DNA of 64,000 nt, taken from assembly GCA_934129885.1 (NCBI GenBank), contig CAKOWU010000007.1:13566-77565 (forward strand). Direction: 5' to 3'. The number at the start of each line of letters is the position of its first letter. Position 1 is the stretch's first letter. Shown here piece after piece: positions 27,225 through 37,010 of this stretch. Position numbers and translations under genes: made by a program. The notes below the pieces were generated by a model that was given only the letters and a program-made list of their open reading frames with translations, was not told the origin of the DNA and made no database searches. The stretch comes from an uncultured Bacilli bacterium. Its GTDB lineage: Bacteria; Bacillota_I; Bacilli_A; RF39; UBA660.

Positions 27225-27576
27225 AATAATATTTTATAAGCCATATTCTGTTCCTCTTACGAGGCGACAAACATTTATCTATTAGTTTCCTAATCCCAGC
27301 CAGAATTCATTTCTTCCTTTTGAGTTCCCCTACCATAATTTGGGTTGCTTGCTTGCGGAGTTTACCACGTTTCACCTTTTTGTTTCCAAAAAATTCGTCA
27401 CTGCGGCACTTTATGTTCTAGACCATGGATAATCTTTAGGTCATCAAACGTCGTTAGCCAAAGGCTACCTCAGGTTATCTTTTTCCTGAGCACAATCACT
27501 ACGACCATCGCAGGTTCGTGCAAGTATGGACTTTCCTCTACATTACAAAGAATGCAGCGTTTGTCAAAATATTATT
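27225..27576 (-). ncRNA. rnpB: RNase P RNA (type B)
   Basis: Minus strand reads CGCTGCA..TGTAGAGGAAAGTCCATACTTGCAC, nearly as in B. subtilis rnpB, and ACAGAATATGGCTTA near the 3' end. P1 pairing is TAATATTTT (27574-27566) with AAAATATTA (27235-27227). It follows gpsB, as in Bacillus. Ends are approximate. Confidence 0.85.
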
Positions 27577-27898
27577 TTTCTCCATATATTATTTTTTCAA
27601 GATTAGATATTCTTCTTAGTAAATCAGCATTATTTACATCCCCAATGTTACTAGAATCCCTAAGAATTTCTATTTTTGAACGCAGATTTCTTATTTCCTG
27701 TTTTAGGTGCATATTTTCTTCAACTAATTCTTTTCTATCTCTTTCATACTCTCTTAACATAGAAAATAGTTCTTCATAATCACTGATAATAGTATCTAGA
27801 AACTTATCTACTTCTTGAGGCCTGTATCCTCTTGTATCTATCTTAAATTCTTTTTCTAGGATATCTTTTGGTGTAAGTGCAATTCTTTCTTGGTACAT
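27572..27898 (-). CDS. gpsB: cell-cycle protein GpsB (DivIVA domain)
   Basis: LTPKDILEKEFKIDTRGYRPQEVDKFLD followed by a coiled coil. Start at ATG 27898, with GGAGAGGG upstream. Confidence 0.85.
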   Translation of the reverse strand: MYQERIALTPKDILEKEFKIDTRGYRPQEVDKFLDTIISDYEELFSMLREYERDRKELVEENMHLKQEIRNLRSKIEILRDSSNIGDVNNADLLRRISNLEKIIYGEK

Positions 27899-28232
27899 GT
27901 TCGCACCCTCTCCCTTGTATAACATTTTAAAATAAATTGTACACTTTGTCAACCACATGTCATAAGAAAATTCACGCTATTTCTTAAGTTTTTTAGACTA
28001 CACTAGACTCAAAAACATATAACTCATATAAAAATACGCTATATAAAGTAATCTTTATCCATTATTTTAAAAATTTCATATATAATATGTTTTATTCTTA
28101 TTTATAAGAGCAATATTCTGATATTTTTAATAATTGACTTTTCATATTTATAATTAAAAAATATTCTTATCACTATACACTTATGAATTTACATCTTGCT
28201 TTATACATGATACAATTAATTTAGGTGATGAT

Positions 28233-28808
28233 ATGGATGATTCCTTATATAAAATGTTAAGACCTATTTTAACAGGCTGGTTCAAACTGTTTTTTAGACC
28301 TACTATTACAGGAAAAGAAAATATTCCAACATCTGGCAGAATAGTTTTAGCGGGTACACATACAAGCATCTTAGACCCTGTTTTTATCCTTGCCTGTAAT
28401 AAAAGAGTAATTCATTTTCTAGCAAAAGACGAACTTATAAATGGGCCACTAGGCTTTGCCTTTAAAAAGATGGGAATTATTCCCGTTAATAGAAAAGAAA
28501 AAGATGTAACCGCTATGCCCTCTTCTATTAAAATTTTAAATAATGACGAGGTGGTTGGAATATTCCCAGAAGGAACAATTAATAAAACAGATGATATTAC
28601 CATGAGATTTAAAACAGGTGCCATAAGAATGGCTTATGAAACAAATAGTGAGATTGTTCCTTTCGCCATTACTGGCAAATACAAAATATTTAGAAAGTCT
28701 GTTAAAATTATTTACGGAAAGCCTTATAAGGTTCATTCTAACGATTTTAGAAAAGAAACTGATATACTTAGAAGTAAAGTTAATAAACTTATTATAGGGG
28801 GCGAATGA
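28233..28808 (+). CDS. PlsC-family lysophospholipid acyltransferase
   Basis: HTSILD (Hx4D) and FPEGT motifs. Confidence 0.85.
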   Translation: MDDSLYKMLRPILTGWFKLFFRPTITGKENIPTSGRIVLAGTHTSILDPVFILACNKRVIHFLAKDELINGPLGFAFKKMGIIPVNRKEKDVTAMPSSIKILNNDEVVGIFPEGTINKTDDITMRFKTGAIRMAYETNSEIVPFAITGKYKIFRKSVKIIYGKPYKVHSNDFRKETDILRSKVNKLIIGGE

Positions 28809-28809
28809 T

Positions 28810-30543
28810 ATGGATACAATTAATAAAATTAAAAGATTAAAAAAGCCTAAAGCACCATGGCAAAAATATTATAAAAAAAATGAACGAGATATCAAAATCC
28901 AAAATAAAACTATTTATGAATATTTTGAACAGTCCGCTTTAAAATTTTATGATTTAACAGCAATTGAATACTTTGGCAAAAAAATTAGCTACTCTAACTT
29001 ACTTAAAATGGTTAATAATACAGCAGTATCTTTCAAAAACTATGGAATAGGTACAAATGACGTAGTTACTATATGTAGTGCAAATACTCCAGAAGCCATA
29101 ATTTGTTTTTACGCAATTAATAAAATAGGTGCAATTGCGAATATGATACATCCTCTATCAGCTGAAGAAGAAATTAAAAACTATTTAATAAATAACCACA
29201 CAAAGATGTTAGTGGCAATTGACGTTTGCTTTGCAAAAATCAATAACATAATAGACTTCACCAAAGTAGAAAAAACAGTTATTATCTCAGCCAAAGATTC
29301 TATGCCTTTACATTTAAAAGCTGGGTACTCGCTTACTAAAGGACGCAAAATAAAAGGCCCAAACAATAAAGATAACCATTATATACTCTGGAAAAATTTT
29401 TATAAAAAATATAAAGAAAACATTCCCACAAACAAAAGAGGTATGGATGCCCCAGCCGTTATGTTACATAGTGGCGGAACAACAGGCACTCCTAAAGGTA
29501 TTATTTTAAGTAATAAAAACCTTAATGCTCTAACAGAACAAGCAAAATTTATTTTTAAAAATGTTTCGCCTGGGGATGCTGTACTTACTATTTTACCCCT
29601 TTTCCATGGATTTGGTTTAGGCGTTTGTACCAATACACCTTTATGTTTTGGTGCAAAAGTTATTTTAGTACCACAATTTGACTCTAGAAAATTTGACATA
29701 CTTATTAATAAAACAAAACCTAATCTAATTATGGGTGTACCAACACTCTACGAGGCTTTAGTAAATTCACATAATGTCAAAAACTTAGATTTATCATATT
29801 TAAAATATGTTATTTCAGGCGGAGATACCCTTTCCGCTGGATTAAATAATAGAATTAACAAATTCTTAAAAGATCACGGCTCAAACGAAGTAGTATGCCA
29901 AGGATACGGAATGACCGAAGCACTTGCGGCAGTTGCACTAGCTTTTGGAGGTACCAATAAAGAAGGTAGTATTGGTATCCCATTCCCTGGTAATTATTTT
30001 AAAATTGTAAATCCTGATACAGGTGAAACATTAAAGCCTTACGAAGACGGCGAAATATGCATATGTGGTCCAACTGTAATGATGGGTTATTTAGACAATG
30101 AAGTCGCAACTAATGAAATCTTAAGAATTCATGATGATGGGCATCTATGGTTACACACTGGAGATATTGGCTGCATGGATAAAAATGGAATTTTCTATTA
30201 TAAACAAAGACTTAAAAGAATGATAATCTCTTCTGGATATAATGTATACCCTAGTTATATTGAAAATATTATACTCCAGCACCCCGCAGTACTTAGTTGT
30301 ACAGTTATCGGTATTCCCCATTCTTATAAAGTTGAAGTACCTAAAGCATTTATTGTACTAAAAAATGATTATATAGGCCTTAATCCTAAAGGAAGCATTA
30401 AGAGATTTTGCGAAAAACACCTATCTAAACATTCTATTCCTTATGAATTTGAATTTAGAAAAAGTTTACCTAAAACTTTAATTGGTAAAATTGATTACAG
30501 AAAATTAATGGAAGAGGAGAAAAAGAAGCATCATGATGTATAA
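28810..30543 (+). CDS. AMP-dependent acyl-CoA synthetase/ligase (long-chain fatty acid type)
   Basis: HSGGTTGTPKGI, GYGMTE and TGDIG adenylate-forming motifs. Confidence 0.88.
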   Translation: MDTINKIKRLKKPKAPWQKYYKKNERDIKIQNKTIYEYFEQSALKFYDLTAIEYFGKKISYSNLLKMVNNTAVSFKNYGIGTNDVVTICSANTPEAIICFYAINKIGAIANMIHPLSAEEEIKNYLINNHTKMLVAIDVCFAKINNIIDFTKVEKTVIISAKDSMPLHLKAGYSLTKGRKIKGPNNKDNHYILWKNFYKKYKENIPTNKRGMDAPAVMLHSGGTTGTPKGIILSNKNLNALTEQAKFIFKNVSPGDAVLTILPLFHGFGLGVCTNTPLCFGAKVILVPQFDSRKFDILINKTKPNLIMGVPTLYEALVNSHNVKNLDLSYLKYVISGGDTLSAGLNNRINKFLKDHGSNEVVCQGYGMTEALAAVALAFGGTNKEGSIGIPFPGNYFKIVNPDTGETLKPYEDGEICICGPTVMMGYLDNEVATNEILRIHDDGHLWLHTGDIGCMDKNGIFYYKQRLKRMIISSGYNVYPSYIENIILQHPAVLSCTVIGIPHSYKVEVPKAFIVLKNDYIGLNPKGSIKRFCEKHLSKHSIPYEFEFRKSLPKTLIGKIDYRKLMEEEKKKHHDV

Positions 30544-31108
30544 ATTTTTTAGATTTATTTTAAGCCCATTGTTTAAACTTTGGTATAATCCAAAAGTTAT
30601 TAATAAAGAAGCCTTAAATGTCAAAGGTCCTATTATTATTGCTGGCAATCATAAACACGTGTATGATCAATGTCTAACAATTATATCCACTAAAAAAATT
30701 ATAACTTATATGGCTAAAAAAGAATATTTCGAAGGAAACCTAGCATGGTTTTTCAAAGCCGTAAACTGTATTCCAGTTGATAGGGGCAATAAAGAAGATA
30801 ACGCTAGTGAAAAAGCACTAGAGGTTTTAAAGCATGGTGGTGCTATTGGAATATTTCCAGAAGGTACCAGAAACAAGACAAATAAATTTTTATTACCATT
30901 TAAATTTGGTGCCGTTTCTATGGCAAAAAAGAGTAACGCAACAATAATCCCTTTTGGACTTACTGGTGACTACAAATTTAGAAGCAAGAATTTGACAGTA
31001 AGATTTGGAAAGCCCTTTAAGGTTACTGGTAATTTAGAAAGTGCAAACGAAAAACTATATAATGAAGTCAAACATTTAATGGAAGAAAATATAAAAACTG
31101 ACCAATAA
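30533..31108 (+). CDS. PlsC-family lysophospholipid acyltransferase (second copy)
   Basis: NHKHVYD (Hx4D) and FPEGTRN. Overlaps the ligase stop by 11 nt. Confidence 0.85.
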   Translation: MMYKFFRFILSPLFKLWYNPKVINKEALNVKGPIIIAGNHKHVYDQCLTIISTKKIITYMAKKEYFEGNLAWFFKAVNCIPVDRGNKEDNASEKALEVLKHGGAIGIFPEGTRNKTNKFLLPFKFGAVSMAKKSNATIIPFGLTGDYKFRSKNLTVRFGKPFKVTGNLESANEKLYNEVKHLMEENIKTDQ

Positions 31109-31582
31109 CAAAATTAGTCAGTTTTTTCGTGGAGCCAATATAATTTCCTTTGAAGTAAGGAGTGCCTCCATAAAGAAGCAGTAATAAACTAAAATGAATA
31201 AAAATTTTTTTAAATATTAGAAATAGAAGTATAAAAATATTATATAATCATGTGATTCATAAAAATATCCAACACTAGATAGGCTATAAAGAAAGATGGC
31301 TCCACACATTAAATAACTTATGCCCAATATATAAGGTGTTGGAGTAGTAAAAACTTGGGAGCATTAAGTCATTTAATCTTGAAGAAACATACTATCTGTT
31401 CCTTCAGCTAACACTATAGCACCATTAAAATGTATATGCAAACGAAGGTTTCAGGTAAATTCAGGCTTATTTTTAAAGCAATTTACCCAAATTTCTCTAA
31501 GGTAAATTTAGGTAAATTGATAAATTTTTTGTAGCGAATTTGAGTAAAAGTCACAAATTTTATTTTTTTTTACTTTTTTTTA

Positions 31583-31591
31583 TGCTATAAT
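31583..31591 (+). promoter_or_regulatory. extended -10 (TGCTATAAT) in front of tRNA-Leu
   Basis: TGnTATAAT lies 11 nt before the tRNA 5' end, with a T-rich upstream region. Confidence 0.45.
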
Positions 31592-31601
31592 TGTTTTAGT
31601 T

Positions 31602-31688
31602 GCTTGCGTGGTGGAATTGGTAGACGCGTTGGACTCAAAATCCAATGGTAGCAATACCGTGAGGGTTCAAGTCCCTCCGCAAGCACCA
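31602..31688 (+). tRNA. tRNA-Leu (anticodon CAA)
   Basis: Acceptor GCTTGCG/CGCAAGC, anticodon loop CTCAAAA, long variable arm, GGTTCAAGTCC T-arm and encoded CCA. Confidence 0.9.
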
Positions 31689-31808
31689 TATTAATAAAAA
31701 CACGAACTTTTAGAGGTAATATAAAACAACTTATCAAAAATTCGTTTTTATGTTACTATGAATATGCCGAGGAAACTTGCATATAATAAATGATTTTTAA
31801 TACTTTAT

Positions 31809-31841
31809 AAAGTTATTCCAGTGTACTGGAATAACTTTTTT
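31809..31841 (+). terminator. rho-independent terminator
   Basis: AAAGTTATTCCAG-TGTA-CTGGAATAACTTT followed by TTT. Confidence 0.7.
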
Positions 31842-32004
31842 GGCACTTAAATGCAGTTAAAATAAAATGCAAACACATAATATTGTTTAATTTTTTATTA
31901 TATATGGCAGATTATTGCTACTTTATTATTATTTTATTATAATTTATTTAGAATTAACAGTTTAGAAATTTTAATATTTTACATAAATAGAAAGGCATTC
32001 TGAT

Positions 32005-32442
32005 ATGACTAATAAATCAATAAATGAACTTACATATGTAGGGAAAAATTTAGTAAAAGCAACATACTTATTTTTAACAAACAAAGAAATAAAAAATATT
32101 AAAAAGTATGTCCTACAGGCATTAAAAGATGTACCATGCCTAGTAATCATTAAAGACAATAATGACTCACCTATTGCCTTTATGGGAATAGATGATACTA
32201 AACTTGAAATGTTATTTGTTAAAGATAATGAAAGGGGTAAAAGATTTGGAAAATATTTATTGAATTACGGTATAGAAAAATACGGAATTAATATGCTTAC
32301 GGTAAATGAACAAAATCCCGCAGCAAAAGATTTTTATAAACACATGGGATTTAATGTATACAAAAGAAGTGAAATAGATGAACAAGGTAATCCTTATCCT
32401 ATTTTATATATGAAAATAGAAAGTCCTAAAAAGCCAATATAA
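32005..32442 (+). CDS. GNAT family N-acetyltransferase
   Basis: RGKRFGKYLLNY...AAKDFYKHMGF acetyl-CoA binding pattern. Confidence 0.8.
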   Translation: MTNKSINELTYVGKNLVKATYLFLTNKEIKNIKKYVLQALKDVPCLVIIKDNNDSPIAFMGIDDTKLEMLFVKDNERGKRFGKYLLNYGIEKYGINMLTVNEQNPAAKDFYKHMGFNVYKRSEIDEQGNPYPILYMKIESPKKPI

Positions 32443-32660
32443 ATCTAGAAACATTAACCCTACTGTCTTGATGCCAAGTAGTAGTGTAATGAATCTAAAA
32501 ATAACTATTAGTTCATCCAGTTATATAATTATTACTACATATATTATAAAAAACCTTTAAATATCACAATTTATACCTAAAAGTAAGTATGTGCATACTT
32601 ACTTTTTAGTTTGTTATATTATAAAATTAAAGTGTAAGAAAGAGAGAAAAAAATAAATAT

Positions 32661-32972
32661 ATGAAAAATTATTTAATAGGACATGCTGATGGGGCAAGAA
32701 CAGAATTCCATCAAACTTTAGGTTTAACAAGTGCTGAAGTTAGTGTAAATACTTTACCCGCAGAAGCTAGCGTGCCATTTGTACACTTCCATAAAGAAAA
32801 TGAGAAAATTTATATCATCACTGAAGGTAGTGGTAATTTAAACATTGATAATGAAATTGTAGCCGTAAAAAAAGGAGGTGTAATTAAAATATCTCCCAAA
32901 AGTAAAAGACAATTTGAGACTTCTAATGATGAAGCAATGTCATATATTTGCGTCCAAGTCAAAAAAAATTAA
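32661..32972 (+). CDS. cupin domain protein
   Basis: VHFHKENEKIYIITEGSG...VKKGGVIKISP cupin motifs. Confidence 0.7.
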   Translation: MKNYLIGHADGARTEFHQTLGLTSAEVSVNTLPAEASVPFVHFHKENEKIYIITEGSGNLNIDNEIVAVKKGGVIKISPKSKRQFETSNDEAMSYICVQVKKN

Positions 32973-33017
32973 CTACATGAATATACTGAAGACGACGCTG
33001 TTGAATATACAGCATCC

Positions 33018-33287
33018 TTGATTGCAAGTAAATGGAAAATCCTTATATTAAGAGATTTGATTGATGGCGCCAAAAGATACAATGAACTTACAAGTTCTGT
33101 TAAAGGTATAATCGCTAAAATACTTACCAAAAATTTAAGAGAACTTGAAAAAAACGGAATTATAACAAGAAAAGTTTATCCAGTTGTACCCCCTAAAGTC
33201 GAATATTCTATGACTGATAAAGGAAATGAACTTAAACCTATAATTAATTTAATGCATGATTATGGAAATAAATATAAAGACAAATAA
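33018..33287 (+). CDS. HxlR-family transcriptional regulator (N-terminally short, TTG start or truncated)
   Basis: SKWKILILRDL..GAKRYNEL...LTKNLRELEKNGIITRKVY..VPPKVEYSMTDKG. Confidence 0.7.
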   Translation: MIASKWKILILRDLIDGAKRYNELTSSVKGIIAKILTKNLRELEKNGIITRKVYPVVPPKVEYSMTDKGNELKPIINLMHDYGNKYKDK

Positions 33288-33299
33288 CCGGGTTATAGT

Positions 33300-34016
33300 C
33301 TATTCTATTTCTAGTAAAATTAATCTGTGATCACTTAAAGCCGTATCTAAAATCTGAAAATTAAGTATTTTACAGTTTTTCGGAACGAAGACATGATCTG
33401 GATTCCAAAGATTACCTGCTCCTTTATAGGTATTAGTTTCAATTGGTACTAACTTACTACCACAGGCTTCCATGAATATAACAAAATCTTCAAATATTTC
33501 GTCATTTGTATTAAGATTAAAATCTCCTGTTAATATAATAGGAGAATTTTTATTTTCTCTAACTATCTGTTTTAAATATTCTAGTTGCCTTTTCCTAGCA
33601 ATATTACTTAAATGGTCTAAATGAGTATTAATAATAGTTAAACCATTTGATAATTTTACCAACGTTGCGATACGAGGAAATATTGAAAAAAAACTTCTTT
33701 TACCTTGTTTACTTCTGTGTGCAAGCGGATATGTCCTATCTTCAGTAACCTCAAGATTCGTAATTATTGAATTGTTTTCATTACAACGTTTATACCAAGG
33801 ACTATTCTTTTTAAATCTGTTATCACCATAAAAGTTAAAATCTGGTAAAAATTTTTTAAGTTTATTTTTATAATTGTCATTGACCTCTTGGAGACATACC
33901 ACATTAACATGATAACCCCTTATTAGCCTGCTTAATCTTTCTGGGAACTTCCCTCCATCGTAGTTTTTCTTCTTAATATCATTTTTAACATTAAAATCAA
34001 TAATGGTTATTTTCAT
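33300..34016 (-). CDS. endonuclease/exonuclease/phosphatase (EEP) family protein
   Basis: VVCLQEV, TGDFN and SDHRLI motifs. Start at ATG 34016, with AGAGGTGA upstream. Confidence 0.85.
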   Translation of the reverse strand: MKITIIDFNVKNDIKKKNYDGGKFPERLSRLIRGYHVNVVCLQEVNDNYKNKLKKFLPDFNFYGDNRFKKNSPWYKRCNENNSIITNLEVTEDRTYPLAHRSKQGKRSFFSIFPRIATLVKLSNGLTIINTHLDHLSNIARKRQLEYLKQIVRENKNSPIILTGDFNLNTNDEIFEDFVIFMEACGSKLVPIETNTYKGAGNLWNPDHVFVPKNCKILNFQILDTALSDHRLILLEIE

Positions 34017-34082
34017 AAATTCACCTCTTTTTAGTATCAAAACAAATTTATAAAATATCATTTAAATTTTCCAAATTAAGAT

Positions 34083-34111
34083 TTGTAAAAATTACAATTT
34101 AGTGATATAAT
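34083..34111 (+). promoter_or_regulatory. sigma-A promoter of tRNA-Gln
   Basis: TTGTAA, a 17-nt spacer, then TATAAT (preceded by TG at -15/-14). The -10 ends 8 nt before the tRNA. Confidence 0.6.
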
Positions 34112-34119
34112 CATTGTAT

Positions 34120-34193
34120 TGCCCCATGGCCAAGTGGTAAGGCAGTGGACTCTGACTCCACGATCGCAGGTTCGAATCCTTCTGGGGCAGCCA
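34120..34193 (+). tRNA. tRNA-Gln (anticodon CTG)
   Basis: Acceptor TGCCCCA/TGGGGCA, GCCAAGTGGTAAGGC D-arm, anticodon loop CTCTGAC, GGTTCGAATCC T-arm and encoded CCA. One C-T mismatch in the T stem. Confidence 0.85.
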
Positions 34194-34202
34194 ATATGTT
34201 TA

Positions 34203-34235
34203 TTAAACCCTTGATTTTTCAAGGGTTTCCTTTAT
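34203..34235 (+). terminator. rho-independent terminator after tRNA-Gln
   Basis: AAACCCTTG-ATTTTT-CAAGGGTTT followed by a T-rich tract. Confidence 0.7.
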
Positions 34236-34796
34236 TTGTAAGGGCTTTATCCTATTTTTCTACTTGTGTTGTCTGATTTAAAAAGTAGTAAAAAATAAGG
34301 CCAAAATATTAATCACTAACTTGTGATTTTTTTCATTATATCTTATTAATCACTTACCATATATTTATGATAACACATATAACAAAATAAATACAATTAA
34401 TTGACTATTTTATATTCTGTTTTTACATTTTATGTGTCAACACTAATCCTAATTTTAATTAATATACTATTTAATTTTTGTTATAATCGTAACTGAGACA
34501 ACTCTAATATACTAGGTATTTACCTCCGCATTATTTTAATAATAAGAGGAGGTGATGCGTTATGAAAATTTCATATGAAAAGAATTCCGAATGGAATATC
34601 TGGTGATTTTAGTAATCATCTTAGTTCTAATACTGAGCATACTAAAAAAAAATTAATAAACACTTAATATAGAGATACACCCAACAGTGCAAATTAAGGT
34701 TATCTCTTTTTTATTATATGCAAGAACTGAAAATAATTATATCTCTTACAATGCCATTATAACAATTTTTAAAATAACCTTCTTTTATCAAAAATT

Positions 34797-35354
34797 TTAT
34801 TCTTCAGTATATTTTGAAGTAAATAATTCGGTATCTTCCCCTTTATCCTCCTCTATATGTATCTCTGGCAAGTCCTTAACTGAAGTAATACCAAAATAGT
34901 CAAGGAACTCATCCGTTGTCGCATAAAGATTTGGTTTACCTGGTAAATCAGATTTACCAGCCTCTTTAATAAGATTTAAAAATAATAACTTTCTAACAAG
35001 ATGACTACTACTAACACCTCTTATATCGTCAATAGTTACTCTAGTTACTGGCTCATTATAAGCAATAATTGCAAGAGTTTCTAATGCTGCTGGTGTAAGA
35101 GTTTTATTTTCATTACTATTAAATAATTTTTGATAATAACTCGCATAATCTTTTTTTGTTACCATTTTTATTTTATTCCCATAAAATTCTAAAATAAGCC
35201 CCCTATCACTTTCCTCATAATCTTTACTTAAAGATATTATAGTCATATTTAACTCTTCTTTAGTTATATCTAGTATCTCTAGTAGTTCATCTAATGAAAT
35301 ACCTTCATCCCCTACTATATATAATAATCCCTCTAGTATAGGTTTCTTATCCAT
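34797..35354 (-). CDS. scpB: segregation and condensation protein B
   Basis: ILEGLLYIVGDEGISLDEL and winged-helix repeats. Follows scpA with an overlapping stop/start. Confidence 0.92.
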   Translation of the reverse strand: MDKKPILEGLLYIVGDEGISLDELLEILDITKEELNMTIISLSKDYEESDRGLILEFYGNKIKMVTKKDYASYYQKLFNSNENKTLTPAALETLAIIAYNEPVTRVTIDDIRGVSSSHLVRKLLFLNLIKEAGKSDLPGKPNLYATTDEFLDYFGITSVKDLPEIHIEEDKGEDTELFTSKYTEE

Positions 35355-36079
35355 TATTTCACTTCCTTTACTTGTAAGAATATTTTCGCTAGATTATTGT
35401 CTTGTTTTATAGTTATCTTTCCTTTTTTCGTTAAATCAAGTATTGAAAGAAATGATACAACCACATAGTCTTTTGTCATTACCTCAAATAATTCATCAAA
35501 AGCTATCTTTTTGTGTAGTTTTAGTCTAGCAAGTATTTCATCATTTCTTTTATGAACAGAATATTCCTTTTTCGTCACAACCGTATTTAATGGCTTTTCT
35601 AATTCTTTGCGTCCCATTAAATCTCGAAATGCTTTTATTAACGCATCCAAAGATACATCTTCATTCAATTCTATCTTATCACTTTTATACTCTTCCATAA
35701 ATGTTTGAGCCTTAGAAAATTCTTTATTTCTTTCCTCTTCTAGACTTCTAAGTTCTACACAAACATCTTTATAGGCCTGATACTCTAAGAGCCTATTTAT
35801 TAGTTTTGCTTTAGGATCTTCTTCCTCCTCGTTTTCTTCATTATTAGGAAGTAATTCACGAGACTTCATCTCTATTAAGTCAGCAGCCATAGTTAAATAT
35901 TCACTTGAAATATTTAAATTTATCTCTTTCATACCATTAATATATTCTAAATATTCTTCCACTATTTCCGATATCTTTATTTCAAATATATTTATATCAG
36001 CCTTTTTAATTAGATGTAACAAAAGATCTAACGGTCCTTCAAAATTCATGGTTTTAAAACTATACTCCACGTGTATCAC
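35354..36079 (-). CDS. scpA: segregation and condensation protein A (kleisin)
   Basis: FEGPLDLLLHLIKK N-terminus, 241 aa. Confidence 0.92.
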   Translation of the reverse strand: MIHVEYSFKTMNFEGPLDLLLHLIKKADINIFEIKISEIVEEYLEYINGMKEINLNISSEYLTMAADLIEMKSRELLPNNEENEEEEDPKAKLINRLLEYQAYKDVCVELRSLEEERNKEFSKAQTFMEEYKSDKIELNEDVSLDALIKAFRDLMGRKELEKPLNTVVTKKEYSVHKRNDEILARLKLHKKIAFDELFEVMTKDYVVVSFLSILDLTKKGKITIKQDNNLAKIFLQVKEVK

Positions 36080-36159
36080 CTAATTTTCATTATATCATAG
36101 TTATTTTAGATAATGTGCAAATAAATGAAATTTTTTAATATTATTAATTAGGTGGTTAT

Positions 36160-36363
36160 ATGACTAGATGGTTTATTTTGATTATTGGCATTCTTATGAT
36201 TACTCTTGGAATAGTATACTGCATTTGTTACTTAAATCTAATGACTTTAGGGTATAGTTTCAGAGAATATGGGAATTTTATTTGTAGAAGATTTGAATGC
36301 TTAATGTTACCTTTAGGCTGTTTGATTGTACTTGGAATTATTTTTATTGGAGGCGATAAATAA
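36160..36363 (+). CDS. small membrane protein
   Basis: Two hydrophobic helices, RBS AGGTGG, stop overlaps the next start. Confidence 0.5.
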   Translation: MTRWFILIIGILMITLGIVYCICYLNLMTLGYSFREYGNFICRRFECLMLPLGCLIVLGIIFIGGDK

Positions 36364-37001
36364 TGAATTATGCATATGATATTTTATTAAATTTCCAAGA
36401 TGTTTATTATGACTTTTTTGAATGGAACGAAGAAGACGAAATTGTTCACGTGAAAAAAATTCCTATTTTTCTAATTTCACATAGTTCTTATGTAGAAATA
36501 AAAAATTATAATATTAAAGTATCAAAAGACTTTATCTCTAACATTTATAATAAATGCGAAGTTTTTAACCATTACAGACGTAGCGGACTTTACGGAGCAT
36601 TCATTATCAGTAACGGGGATGAGTCCATGGCAATAAAATTTGATAAAAATGGATATTTAATCTCAAGAAGTTCTTTAATATTTGATGAAAATGACGATAT
36701 AAGCAGAGCCGCAAGTAACCTTGATGAGGTTAAATTTAGTTATGAAATTATAAATAACAATACAGAAAACATTTTTTTAACAAGATTTGAACGCACAAAT
36801 ACAAAAGATAATTTAGATAAATTAAAATCACTCTTTGATAAAAAAGATTTTGATAAGATCAATTATTTATATTTAGAATGTTTTAATTCTTCATGTAATG
36901 ATAAGAAAAAAGTATATCATAGACTTTGTGAAGAAATAAAATCTTGTGGTAGTGCATACGAAAAAATTAATAGCTTTTTCAGAATTTTAGAACAAAAATA
37001 A
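36363..37001 (+). CDS. hypothetical protein
   Basis: 212-aa ORF coupled to the preceding small ORF. No family recognised. Confidence 0.55.
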   Translation: MNYAYDILLNFQDVYYDFFEWNEEDEIVHVKKIPIFLISHSSYVEIKNYNIKVSKDFISNIYNKCEVFNHYRRSGLYGAFIISNGDESMAIKFDKNGYLISRSSLIFDENDDISRAASNLDEVKFSYEIINNNTENIFLTRFERTNTKDNLDKLKSLFDKKDFDKINYLYLECFNSSCNDKKKVYHRLCEEIKSCGSAYEKINSFFRILEQK

Positions 37002-37010
37002 AAGGCTACA

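Noticed and set aside
27345-27779. 144-aa plus-strand ORF
   Set aside because: It overlaps the RNase P RNA gene and the gpsB coding region on the opposite strand, and its translation has no recognisable features.
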